A DNA stretch of 61,899 bases, counting the filler, from Sphacelaria rigidula (Eukaryota): NCBI GenBank assembly GCA_964200075.2. It is 7 parts of 7 records of this genome, joined end to end, with 100 filler letters (N's around TTAATTAATTAA, not from the genome) between each part and the next. Parts side by side here need not be neighbours in the genome. Positions count along the whole stretch, not along the records: positions 8,859 to 17,615 come from CAXNAA020010176.1; positions 17,716 to 26,472 come from CAXNAA020010177.1; 5 more parts are not named here. The stretch is one strand, 5' to 3'. The notes below the pieces were generated by a model. It was given only the letters and a program-made list of their open reading frames with translations, was not told the DNA's origin and did no database searches. Made by a program: the position numbers and the translations under genes. How positions within the stretch are numbered: position 1 is the stretch's first letter; every line of letters begins with the position of its first letter. This document shows, one piece after another, positions 10,506-22,828 of the stretch.

Positions 10506-12547
10506 CGTCTGCAAACTTCACATCCGCTTCCGGCTGGCCCAGCTCGTATGAACGCTTCCGTGTACTATGCTTAGGTTAGGGAGCGAATGTTCTTATTGAG
10601 GTATTTCGTTTGTCGAGTGCTTGAGTATATCACGTGGGATCTGGTATTTACCTAGGTTGGTATTTTAACATGTTTGTACCGGCTTTCGTGACGCAAAACT
10701 GAAGGTTCTCAACCGCCGATTCCAAGCCTGCCGTTTTTAGAGCAGCTACCTAGCCAATATTGCGTAGCTCACGGGTGTTCCAAGTAGCCCTTACTACGAT
10801 GCACCTGAGTGCTAAACACGGCCCTACATGCTCAAGGAAGTCATGCAAGTGACCTATTCTAGGCACCGCATGGCGTTCAAGCAGTTATTCGCGCCAAAAC
10901 AACCCGCAAAAAGTTGCCACGAAAGAAGTACGCACGCTCATCGGGAGAAGCTTGGACTGTCAGCCGCCTGGAGAGCCACATCTCAGTACCTTCACGGCAA
11001 TCACATACACTACAACAGTTCACTTGTGTGCGAGCTTCTCTGCCGGACAGCGGATAGAACGGAGTATTCGACTTGGAAAGGTAGGCGTCGCCATGGGTCT
11101 GTCAAGGAAATATTTCGAGATACGTAGGCCTCAAGATAAAAAAAAAACGATTTTTTCAGCGGGGGGGGCTGCTGTCCCCTAGTTTATTGCCGAGGCATCG
11201 GCGGATGCGGTCAGCTGCCGTGTACAGAGATCCTTAGCATGGAAACCGCTGAGATGATGGACACACCGCCCCCCCAAGCTCATGACCTACCATGATTACA
11301 TTTATGGGATCATGTTTTATGTCGTGTGCCTCGACTACCTACCACTAGCCCGGGCACATTTGGCGAGGCGTGAGAATATGTTGCTACTTTGGCTACAGGC
11401 TGTCGCTACCGCGCGCTCGTGTAGCGTACGTAGATGAGTGTGAGCGTTGCCGGCATCCGACGTCATCGGGACAGGGCGGGCAAGGAACAGAAGCAAATAC
11501 ACGAACCTCACAAAGCCCGCCAGACTTCTCTGTTTTTTTCAGTGTTGATCAATTTATTTCAACAGTATCAACAACAACAAAAAAAATCATGACAATTTTC
11601 GAAAAATTGCCCTCCGTGAAGGGGGGGGGGGGGGGGGGGGCCGGGGTCCGTTTTTTTTTTTTCGGAACCCTCTGTGGGATGGGTAGGTGGGGTTGTTTTC
11701 TTCCNNNNNNNNNNCTTACACAAAAATATCTCTATTTTTATGTGTGATGTAATACATAAAAACAAAGAGGAAGAAGAGAGGAGGGAAGGGGCTCCGTGTC
11801 CGATTTTTTTTTCTCGACAGACCCTTGGCGTAGGTCAGATGGCGACTTGTACGTACCAATTCAACATGAGTGCTCAAGCCTTGGACAACTCGTGCAGTAT
11901 TATTTGATGGAGTTACTCCCCCCAGCCCGTAAACAATCCTCTGGCTACGAGGGTATTCGGCCGACACGTGTGGTCTATCGCCACCCCCAACCATCGGAGA
12001 ACATGGTCGACCACCAGGACAGTAGATTCAACTCCAGTCGTTCCGAATCGACAACGACCTCCTTAAGGGCAGCACTACCTCGAAAATATTGGCCTCCGTG
12101 GATGCCAGAGGTTATACGAAGAGATACCCACTGATTTCCCGCAACAAGTATTCGTTCCCTACGATTGACTCCATCTTCATGCCTGAGAGACTAATTTTCG
12201 GTGCCTATCATGGTATCTAGAACCTACACCGCCCTGACGGCAACGCGTTGAATAATTGAACGTTTCTCCGACATCTAGGTGATAGAAAGTAAGAATCTTG
12301 GGTATCTTGGGTATGGGTCAGCAAAAACAAAATGAGCTGACGAGAACTGCAGTCTTGGTGAACCATAGGTGCCCAAACACACGTGCTGTGTACCGATCAA
12401 TCCTGGTACTCGGTCACGGAACTACGACTTGAGCGACTACCAGCCTGGGAGTTTTCCGGTGAGGTATCTTACACAAAACATCATTATCGAGTGACACATA
12501 GGTTTCCTGTCCTGCGCCTTGGTGCTCTTTCTTACTCATCAGCTATG

Positions 12548-13838
12548 TCAATGTTCAGCCTTACTCCTGGGGGCAAACATGGGCAACACAGCCTGGCCCT
12601 GAATAACCTTGCGTTTGGTTTCGTGAGACACTGCGTTAGCAGCTTGCACTTCGTTACAAAACCGCACTTGCTCGTCAACCACGCCTCGAACCTTGTCACG
12701 TAACGTATCAGCATCCATGACATCGATGTTCCACTCGCCGCCGGTGACAGAAGTCAGCGCGGAAAACGCGGTACGCGGCGCACGCCCAAACATCACACAG
12801 TACGGTGTTATGTTAGCGTTCACGAAAAAAAGTGTTCAACACTCACTGAGCGGCTGGCAAAACATCAACCCATTGCGACACCGGCCGTCTTTGCTCTGAC
12901 AAAATGGTCCTCAACGCACAAACAACCTCTTTCACCATGCGTTCACAAGCACCATTCGACAAAACGGTATGCGCAACAGCAAATTGGTGTTGCACCTTGA
13001 GCGCGTCGCTCAGCTGCACGATCACTCGATTCTTAAAGTGCGTGGCGGTATCACTAACTCACACACGCCGCACCCCCAAAGTCTTGTACCAATGCATCAA
13101 GTGCTTAGCCGTAACCTCGGCGGTCCAAGCCTCGGTCGGCTCCAACCAAACGAAATTGGACGAATGATCCATGATAACCAGAACATACCGAAAATCATCT
13201 TCACCAGGCAAACCATTAGCACCTTCAGGTCCGCTACTTCCGACGTACAGAAAATCAAAGTGAACAACTTTACCTGGCGCAGTACCATGCGTAGTATCGC
13301 CATACGGACGAAGTACAATCGCACCAGCACGAGTGTCTGCACAATGCAAACACTGGCGAACGAACTCGCGAACGTGGGAATCCATGTGAGGCCACACACA
13401 GTATTCTTTCAAACGAAACAGAGTCGGCGCCACACCACGGTGGCCAGCCGACCGCACGTGAGCGCACACCATCAAGCGAGTTTGTAGCGCCTCATCGTCC
13501 GGCGGAATCCACGAAACATCACTACTGCCAACACGCACGCGAAACAAACCATCATCAGCCAAGGCAGCTTGACCGAAAGTCGTAGGAAAAGAATGAACAC
13601 CATCGCCGACTGTTTTGCGCTGCGCGGTACGAATGACATCTAACGAGGGCAGCGAATCATCGGCATCACACGACCTGTACACGGCAACAGAACGAACAGG
13701 CATGGTAGGAAGCGTCAACCAGCGAGACAATGAATCTCCCCAACAATTGAGCTCTCCAGGAATGTGTTCAACGGCAGACTGACATTGGCCTAGCACTCCT
13801 TTCCAATTTTCAAGCCGTTGCGCCATGGCCTTCGTCAC
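12548..13838 (-). pseudogene. Gypsy integrase (frameshifted, C-terminus lost)
   Basis: HIPGELNCWGDSLSR (RNase H end), HVRSAGHRG..CLHC zinc finger, VVHFDFLY, RYVLVIMD, SNGACERMVKEV, TPYCVMFGRAP. Confidence 0.88.
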
Positions 13839-13849
13839 CGATGTGACAC

Positions 13850-16081
13850 ACTCTTCGGGTTAATAGCGTAATTCAGATTGTGATGATCGGTGAAAAAGCG
13901 AACACCACCCCAAAGCAAGTACTCTAGCCTACGTGATGTATTGACTATCGCGAAACCTTCTTTGTCCACTGTCGCCCGCCGCAATTGTGAACCCTTGAAG
14001 TTACCACTCAGAAAAGCCTACGGTTCGTGTGACACGTTTTTGAGCGCAATGCCACTACTAAACTCGGCGACAGGCACTTGCGTTGAAAAACTACCCCGGT
14101 GAAAATCCGAAGCATCTGAAAACATGAGAACAACGCACCCTGGACGAGGATGATACAGCGGCACCGCTTGCGCCACCAACTCTTGCGCAGCACGCCATGC
14201 CCATACACAATCCTTCGTCCAACCGTCCTACGGGATGATATGATTACGCGCCACCGACTTGATCCGACGCGAAGCCCCTACGTTGTTCCAAAAACACACG
14301 GAGCGGCGACACTACTCGCGCCATGCGCGGGAGCGAAGTCCGCCACCAATTCACCGCCTGCAGAAACTGTATCAGCTCACTAGCGCTTTGAGGACGTCGC
14401 ATATTGCTTGAACCTTGGATGCGGATGGCATTATGCGGAACAGTACCCTTGGAGTACACCTCACCACACTAAACCACTTCACGGGCAAAAATGGTGCACT
14501 AATGCGCAGCAACGAAGAGACCAACACTCTCCATGCGGCCAAGACTTTCGTCAAGCAAAGCTAACAATGCTTCTTCGGTTCCAGCAAAATAGATAACGTC
14601 ATCCACCCACACTTTACAGTTTAGACCTCGCAAAATGTCAGTCAGCACACCTTGGAAATACGCCGTGGCGTTCAACACGCCCTGCCGGGCAAGAGTAGGC
14701 GTAAACAAACCGTCAGGCGTGACGATCGTGAAGATATCCTGAGCCTCCGGCGCCAGAGGCATCTGCCAATACCCCGGTAATAGTTCCAACTGGCCGAAGC
14801 ATTGGGCTCCCAGCAACTCCCGCATGTCTTCTTGGCTTGGTATCACCCCCGGAGACTGTTCCACCTGCGCGTTCACCACCTGATAGTCGCTGACCAAACG
14901 GAATGTGTCCCCCTTCGGCACCGTCATCGCCGGACTCGCCCACACAGCCTGAAGGTCCCAACCAACAAAGCAAACGCCACCAAAGCTGCGATGCATGAAG
15001 CAAGCCACCCGGTCTTCACCTGATCATGACTTCGGGGTTTGGCCTTCACAGCCTTCGCCTGTGGCTTTAGTTGCACTTTCATGGGCTCCACGCGCGCTGG
15101 CGGATCACCACGCAGCGCACGACGAAATATATCTACGCGACGAGCCAAAATATCACGCAGATGAACCGCGCCATCGGCGCTCAGGCCCTTCTGCTCGGCC
15201 TGCTGCACGCTATCCTCTAGCGCACGTTCTCTTGCACCTCTCTCCTCCGCTGGGTCCATGAACATGTCGGGTCCCCGATCGACCAAGCGCTCCACCGCTT
15301 CATTCGCAGAAGCCTCTTCCTCATTGGCTCTCTGGAACGACCGTATGGATACGGTCACACGCCTCGCAGCAAGATAGCTGGAGTTTTCTACGCCGGTTTG
15401 CACCGGCACAGCACGCGGACGTAACTTATCCAACGCCAGCGGATACAAATCAATCCCGACCTCCTTCATCGTCGCCATTCTAAACAGAACCACGTTGTCC
15501 CTGCCGGACATGACAGCGGAAGTAATGGGCTGCAACCCCCCAGCCCCCCAGGGCGTACGCACGCTAACAGCAATCGGTATCGCTTTATGAGTAACTGTCA
15601 CCGGAATATCCGTGGCGATCTGCGCCGTTTGCGGTCCATTTCCGAATGGAAGCTGCAGCTGAGCGCCGCCAAACTGCGAACACATTTGTTCCTGCAACCC
15701 CACACCGATAGATGTGAGCGCGGACCCAGAATCCAGAATTACGCGGGTCATGAACGAACCTACGGAACGAGGCAAGGAAAGGTCTGCGCGCAAAGACTCT
15801 GCGTTGCGATCGACAGGCACCACACCTGCCGAAGAACCCTGGTCGGTACCAAGAGTCACCTGACGCCAGAGCTGCGCTCCAGCACCATCAATCGAAAACT
15901 GAGAATCGGCGAACCACCTAGACCACATCGCCGAATATGCAGACGGCGCCGTTACAGCCGTCGCAGCCGTAGGAGATGCACCAGACACGGATCCTGCCTG
16001 GCCAAGGGGTTGCGAACTATCCGCTCCAGCACTCTCCACCGAAGTATTGGTACCTCCCACGTACACTGCCCGCTCTGACAC
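13850..16081 (-). pseudogene. pol: Gypsy pol: aspartic protease, reverse transcriptase and partial RNase H (frameshifted)
   Basis: ORF 14924-16081 (LDSGS; GDPPARVEPMKVQLKP), 14499-15008 (RT, WVDD), 14244-14459 (ELIQFLQAVNWWRTSLP). Confidence 0.88.
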
Positions 16082-16111
16082 GGACGGACCAGAAGATCCA
16101 GAGTCACCACC

Positions 16112-17000
16112 TCATGACGTAGTCGAAGAAACACCAGCGGAGGAACTGCCATCCGCCGCCGATTGATTACTATCACGGCCGCCGCACCCGCGTCCATGGT
16201 TCGCACGGCCCCGTCCACCGTGGCGACCGCCGCGAGATCCTGACGAATCTCGCGCATTGCCCTGAGCAGCGCCTAGAGCGCGAGGTTTGGGGCTGTCCTT
16301 AATGAGGTGTCCTTTGTCGCCGCAGTTGTAACACGTGCGAGTGGACGACGCTCGCGAAGACGGCTGCTGTTCCTGTTGCTGTTGTTGTTTGCGGCACGCA
16401 CCACCTGCACTTGCCGCAGAGTTACGCCGGACATGCGCCTCAATGAGCTTCCCGTGGTCGGCGGCATCAAATATCTTATTCAACACCACGGTCCGATTCT
16501 TTTTCCAGTCGTCTATATACGTGAGTACGCTTTTGACATACCTCTTGAATTCGGGAGGCGAAATCCCGTCCATCAAAGCTGTGGAAATCGGTCGGGCCTG
16601 GCAACCAGCTCCTGTCCTCCGCACGGTACATGACTTGCACCGTGAGATTTCCCGCAAAAAACTTTTCCATCGATGGGTTAACCATCATTGCTCGATCCTT
16701 GACGGATGTTCCACCGCTTTGCTGCATTGTAAGCACTCTACGTAGGTCTGCTGCAGCCCGCGCAGTATCATGTTTGTCGCCGGTTGTGGTGTACCCGGCA
16801 TGCTGCTTCACAGCATCTAGCAAATCCTCGGGGATCATAGCACGACGGTCCTTGTACATGCCTTCAAAGCACCGATGAATGTATGTAGGGATGAGTTGTC
16901 CAAGCTCACCCTTGCATGTCGCACCATCCCTTGTGAATTTGGAGGGTATAAACGCTCTTCATAATCGAGATTCGCGGCGTAAAAAGCCGTGATGCCTCCT
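16112..17000 (-). pseudogene. gag: Gypsy gag (frameshifted; CCHC knuckle with last Cys to Ser)
   Basis: Overlapping ORFs 16476-16859 and 16112-16657; CYNCGDKGHLIKDSP followed by a Gly/Arg-rich tail. Confidence 0.8.
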
Positions 17001-18285
17001 CTGTCCACACCTCGCCGTGCTTTGGCTGGTCTAGCGGCTCACCCGAAATCAGCGGCGCTGCCACCGCTTCAGCCTTGTCCTCTAGGACTCAAGCACTTCA
17101 CGGAGAGACTCTTGCCTGACTTGTGCGTCCTCCAGCCCCCCGCTGTGCGCTTCAACTTGGCCTCCTTCCGCCTGCGGGCCAGACTGCTTTTCCAGCTGCG
17201 GTCCCTTTTCCTCAGCTAAACTCCTCCAACAGAGTGCCGAGATATATCTAGATATTACAGCCTCTGCCAGATGATCTGGACGAGAGGACTTCCAGCGAGG
17301 GACTCCTCCAGTATCACTGCCCTTGTGCTCGATTGGTCCTTTCTTCTAGCTTGTTATTATCACGAAGTGATCCTGAACAAATCACGAGCCAGGCAGCAAG
17401 GGGCCACACAGCAAGGGCCATAAATCCAGGATCCCCCGTCCCCTGCCGCTGCTCCAACCATGTGTGCGATTATTATACTGAAAACTTACGGCTTGGTGTC
17501 ATTTGGCTACAGACCTTAACCCTTTTGGGACCGACCCACCACTAACACAGGGTTGACCCTGTGTTAGTGAAAGAATAAAAAAACAAGTCTTCGAGCGACC
17601 TGCCCAATCACGGCGNNNNNNNNNNNNNNNNNNNNNNNNNNNNNNNNNNNNNNNNNNNNTTAATTAATTAANNNNNNNNNNNNNNNNNNNNNNNNNNNNN
17701 NNNNNNNNNNNNNNNTGCGCAAGCTTCCCCCCCCTCCCTTGTGTTGTTTTTTTTCGTCACATCATCCCCCCCCCCCCCCCTCCCCCCTATCGTGGAATGG
17801 TTCTGTGTTGCGCCCGGTATTGGGAGAGTATTGATCAGGACGTCGTATATGAGAGGTGGACACATGAACGCTGTTGTCATGGAAATATGATGTTGCTCGA
17901 GTAAACACGACCACTCGGCGAACAAGTAGAACGAGGTCCTTCCGCTCGACTCGTTCTACGATAGCCCCCTAGTTTGTCGGCATTTTTTAAAGGGGATAAA
18001 CGGCCATACAGCGTGTCGAGGTAATGATTGGTTGCAGAAATCAGGTAAGAAGTTCTTATGAAGAGTGCACATAGCCTACAAGAATGCAGGATCGGCACGA
18101 ATATCTCCACGCTGCAAGCGCCTCATGTCATATATGTTGCCCCAGTCTCCCTTAAACTCCATGGGGGGGGGCAGGGGTACCGTTGAATGAGACGGCCGTC
18201 CCCGACCCGTTACCTGAGTGTGTTCTGGCTCCTGGAAACACCCATTGCGCCGCTCGAACAACCCAACGCACCGTGATCCATACAG

Positions 18286-18546
18286 TGTTGGTGCGGAGCT
18301 GCTGGTACTACTTTCGATGTTCATGGCTCGGCTACGTGCAACATTCCCTGCGCCGGAGATTCCTCGGTGATGTGCGGAGGCCTCTACGCCTTCAACGTAT
18401 ACGACGTCCCGATTGCGCCGACACCCGCACCAACCACCCCGGCACCAACTGTTGAGGGACTGCCGAGCTCTCTCGGATGCTACAGGGACACAATGGAGGA
18501 TCGTGTGATGGTTTGGCAGAGCCAGAGCAGCTCAATGACGCCTGAC
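18286..18546 (+). CDS. WSC-domain / Pro-Thr-rich cell-wall protein, internal exon (upstream exons not in this contig)
   Basis: cag|[64 protein letters not shown]|gtgagt; 261 nt, phase 0-0; WSC Cys pattern. Confidence 0.88.
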
Positions 18547-19571
18547 GTGAGTGGTTGATGCATGGTATGCGTTAATAGATTATCATGATCGGTCAAAACG
18601 TTGTCATGCCATGAGGCAAGGAGTGGGGTGACAACTTCGCCGTGCGCTCCTTCGCCATCTATTTTGTTTTCTTAATGCACCCTTGTGTGCTTCGGTTCAA
18701 GCCTTCAGGAGCCGATACTTTCATAGCACTACATCCCGATTGTATGCACTATTGTTACGCCGATTTTTACGGCGGGTGCTGAACGAGTCACACTAGCAGA
18801 GGGCGAGTGGAGAAGCGGGTGGTGATCAAACATCCCCTTGTTTCTTTCGAGAGAGGAAGCGTTCCCAGGTTCTCATGGATAACTATGTTGGTTCGCGCGT
18901 ACATCATTAAAACATAGTTATAGAGTGGTGTTATCTCCGTTTCGTTCTCGACACTTGATTCTAGTCTAAAATTTTCCTTCGAAATTCCCAGCCTATTTGC
19001 CCCCCCTCCGTTGTTCGGAAGACGCGGAAGTCCCCCGAACATACGATAGAAAATAAAACCAACAAGGATCCGGGGAGAAAGGAGGGACCGCGTTCACTCG
19101 ACGGTCGTGCCATGCAGGAATTGATGGTGGAGGCTACCCCCCCACTCCCACGTATCCCCTCCAGGCACGAGTGGCAGCAGCGCGGTCGGGGGCAAATGCC
19201 ACCAGCATCAACCAGCTTACAGACAAAAATACAGCTAGGGTAGGATGTAACTAAGTCAATACCTCTGCGCTTGATTTTTACCCGTAATTTCTTTCGACTC
19301 ACTCCCCACCCCCAAGAAACGTCATCGCTGCCCCGAACTCGTGGTCAGAGTCGCGTATATCGGTGACAGTTTCACACGCAGACATGTATATCATAGGAGT
19401 GTACTTGTTTATTGGTCGTTCGTGAGCCTCGGGCGCTCAAGAGTTCAGTGCATCATCGATCTCGTCGCAGCCGTACCGTTGCTTTTGCTGCTCAGAGGTT
19501 GCTTCCAAAAGGTGCGCAGAATCCTGCAAACGAGAAACCAACGCTACACGTTCCGGCGTTTCTTGCCGCAG

Positions 19572-19640
19572 GTGTGCTACGCCGCATGCGCCGGAGAGAT
19601 GGCGTTCTACCGTTTCTACGGGGTGCAGTACGGGATAGAG
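19572..19640 (+). CDS. WSC-domain protein, next exon
   Basis: cag|VCYAACAGEMAFYRFYGVQYGIE|gtaagc; 69 nt, phase 0-0; continues WSC consensus (C..AC...YG.QYG.E-CWCG). Confidence 0.88.
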
Positions 19641-19697
19641 GTAAGCACGAGTCGGTTGCGTTGTAGCTCCGCTACCGGTAGACATCGGTGTGGCCCC

Positions 19698-20029
19698 TTT
19701 TTTATTTTTTATTTGTCGCACTTTGAGCCCCTCCCCTTCTTCGGGATGAGTCCGCGGTCTCAAGGGATCAACCCATCTCCCCCCCGGTACACGCCTTGCA
19801 TTTTGGTCTCGCGGGTTGGGTCATGACTATCAGCACTCGCGCACCGCGTCAACTCACGTCAAATAAACTCAGCCGACTACTTTGTTCACTCACGTTCTCA
19901 CGCTTTCCACGGTGGAAGTCAGACATTACGAAGGGAAAAACCCAAGGCATCGAGAATCGATCCCTCGTTCTCTCCACCCTAATGTCGACAATCGGACCAT
20001 TACACCACACACACATACCGGGGCGCGGC
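19698..20029 (-). mobile_element. SINE family A copy in WSC intron
   Basis: Reverse-complement match to 8246-8549; T-rich tail at 19698; short (CA) insertion in head. Confidence 0.8.
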
Positions 20030-20166
20030 TATAACAACATGGAAATTCCCGCTGCTCCCGCGCTCTGCCCACCAACCCCCGTTTCCCCGGCCAACCGTGC
20101 CTCCCTACGCGCTCGCTGTGTGTGCGATCGTTTGCGTCACCGATTTGAAACCATTTCATGATGTAG

Positions 20167-20424
20167 TGCTGGTGTGGCGTAGCTGGCATCGATTATGCTC
20201 GGCATGGCAACGGGATCTGCGACATCCCCTGCAGAGGAGACGCCTCAATCATGTGCGGTGGCACCTTCTCCTTCGAAATATTCCCGTTCCCCAACACCAT
20301 GGCCCCTACCCCAGCCCCTACTCTGGCGCCCACTCCGGTGCCTACCCCGGTGCCTACCCCAGTGCCCACCCCTGCGCCCACCCCAGTGCCCACCCCTGCG
20401 CCCACCCCTGCACCCTCGCCCTAG
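20167..20424 (+). CDS. WSC-domain protein, terminal exon with (P-T-P-A/V)n tail
   Basis: tag|[79 protein letters not shown]; 258 nt including TAG. Confidence 0.88.
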   Translation, partial: CWCGVAGIDYARHGNGICDIPCRGDASIMCGGTFSFEIFPFPNTMAPTPAPTLAPTPVPTPVPTPVPTPAPTPVPTPAPTPAPSP

Positions 20425-22828
20425 TCCTTGACCAACCCTGGCTCCTTTCACCTGAATGGTCGCTGCCGCTCAAGGTGGATAGGTCAAAACCATTGCGGGA
20501 TTGTGGATTTCGTGCGTCCGTTATTGTTGACGCGCAGTCTGACGGCATGTTGTGTGATTTAAAGATGTACACCAGCCCCCGAGTTGGGAAAAATATAACC
20601 CGGTCGCTCGTGCTCAATTGTTGCAAGTGAAAGCCCTTTTTCCTGTCTTGACGTAATACGGGAGGGCGAGCCTTGCGGTGTTATCGCGGGTCAAGAATTT
20701 GACGCGGCACGGCGGGGAAGGGGGGGGTGGGGGGAGCATTGACGTCACGTGTGCTGGCAAGCATCCTTCACGGCTTATTCGTTGTCTTTGTTGCCGATGC
20801 AACTGTTAAAGTGCTTGCCAACGTTTTTGGTTGGGCGTTGCTTGTATTTCTCGTACACCGGGAGCCTCGTGTATTTACGCATCCGAAAAAGTAGAGTGGT
20901 TTGCACACGATCACCTCGGGTGCTTGGCTAGCCCGGACAAAAACGGAAATGCCAAGCGAGGACCATATCGGTCTTTGACGAACATCATTGAGGTCGTTAT
21001 CAGGGCCGATGGTTGCTTTTTGTCAAACGGTCTATTCCAGCAGCGTCACGGAATCCGTGTTGGGTGTTGTTCTCGATGCATCGAAGCATCCCGGATTTGC
21101 GAAACGAGTTGAATAGCGTTGATAGAGGTTTCTGCTCACGGGATGTTTCACCCTGCAGTTCTGTTTGTCTTCTGGATGTTGGTGGATGTTTGGCAGAATC
21201 TGGTCCTTGTGGTTTTGGTGAGACGCGTTTTGTTGTATCATGTAAAGTTTCTGGTATGTTTTACTCGTTTGCGCATAACGTATGCGCTTGGTGCTGTTGG
21301 TGTTCTGTTCTAGACGTGGTAGTTCGGCGTAGTTCGAGCTGTGGTGTTCTTCATGTGCGGCGTCATACAGACCGCGTGTATCCATTTAGCAAGTTATGTA
21401 TATCAGAAGCTTGGTCGTGTACTATAACTGGTCATTGAATATAAACATCTTTGAAGATTTGAGGTATTAGTTTTTTGCAAACCCTGATACACGGGGGACA
21501 AAAACAAAGTGCCGTCCGCAGGCTTTTCTGCTCTCGCTGCACAGGTGGATCGACCCCCGTATGTTCTTGTACTTTGCGCGTTGTTTAATGCGCTGGATGG
21601 TGCTGGCTTGTCGTTCTACACCTGACCGTTCGACATAGTTGCAGCCGCGATAGCTAGTAAAGTTGCCACCGTGATAGCTTCATGTCTATCCAAAGTGGGC
21701 GTGTGTCAGAAGCTTGGTCTTGCACCGAAATATGGAACACGCTCAAGCTTAGCACTACAGTCGTCGAGGAAGGTGTAGCGCCTGCTTTCCTTACGAAGAA
21801 GACTGGTGTTGTCTTCGGTCGAAGGTCCTCGAACAGTAGGCGTATTTCCTTCGTGAATATTTGTGAAAGACGTAGGAAGGGCAGACTAAACCGAGCCTCA
21901 TGTGCGTCTCAGGCCTCATGGTTTCGGGACCTTTAGGATGACACACAAAGTTGTCTAGGGCGCTGACGAGATCCAACGAGCACAAGCCAGCCGGGGACCC
22001 TTCTGGCTCTGTTTTCCAACACTACCGTTGGAACGGTCTTGCTGCGATACAGACACCTCCCAGTGTTTGTGTGCATTGTGGCATCAACCTCTGATATGCA
22101 TATACAAGTTTGGTCAACTTGACTTCCACCTCACGCCTCCCTTCGTAAGCCTTGAGTCCACCATATGATCTAGAAACGTTGTGACTGGGGTAGTCACTCG
22201 ACTCACGATCGGTGCTTATTGTGGAAGCCACTCTCATATCATGTGCAATCCTCGACCAGATACTGGGTTCTATCTCAAGTGTAGCCCTTCTGTGACCCGC
22301 GGTGTTTGTCGAACACCAGGTGCATGAAACATCTTCCACAGAAAATCCAGTTATCCATGGTTTAGGGCCGTTATTCACGGGCCTTTTTGTTCGTCCGTTC
22401 CATCAATTTCCATCCATTTTCATCCATAAAAGTATGGAAGTTTAGACGGAAATGAAAGTATAATGAATAAAACCTGTAAATTGAGGAATCTGAAAATCGA
22501 GATTCCCAGTATATTTTTCACCGTATATCACAGTCAGACATATTGGGAACCTCGAGCTCAAGATACCTGTAATAACAGCCCTTCTCAGTCACTGTAAGTT
22601 ACTGAAATCCCTCGAATTTTCCGAGTCATATGTCGTGGACAATAACCCTAGGTGAGGAACATAAGGCTTACGCTTCATGTAGATCCTGATAAGCACGAGA
22701 TGGGGGAGGCATTCGCCTCATTGTAATAATCGCGAAATCAATGGGGTGAAAAAAAATGGTGTTGGTGTCGCCTGAGCGTTCTGCTCGAGGGCTGTACACT
22801 TTTGAAGTACCCGCAATTCTTCTTAGCA

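Larger units (their letters stand above)
12548..17460 (-). mobile_element. Degenerate Ty3/gypsy LTR retrotransposon (gag-PR-RT-RH-INT), 3'-truncated
   Basis: Domain order on minus strand: gag with knuckle CYNCGDKGHLIKDS, protease VILDSGS, RT WASPAM..FRLVSDY..GYWQMPL..WVDD, RNase H remnant, integrase H-x5-H..CLHC, HFDFLY, NGACERMVKEV. Many frameshifts and stops. Candidate PBS TGGTTGGAGC right after ..CA at 17460. Confidence 0.93.

Noticed and set aside
11821..12110. Possible isolated + strand exon (cag|DPWRRSDGDLY..WMPE|gt)
   Set aside because: No partner exons or domain; weak donor; insufficient support.
14590..14615. WVDD instead of YxDD in reverse transcriptase
   Set aside because: The element is decayed, and from recall WxDD occurs in stramenopile gypsy elements; not evidence of novelty.
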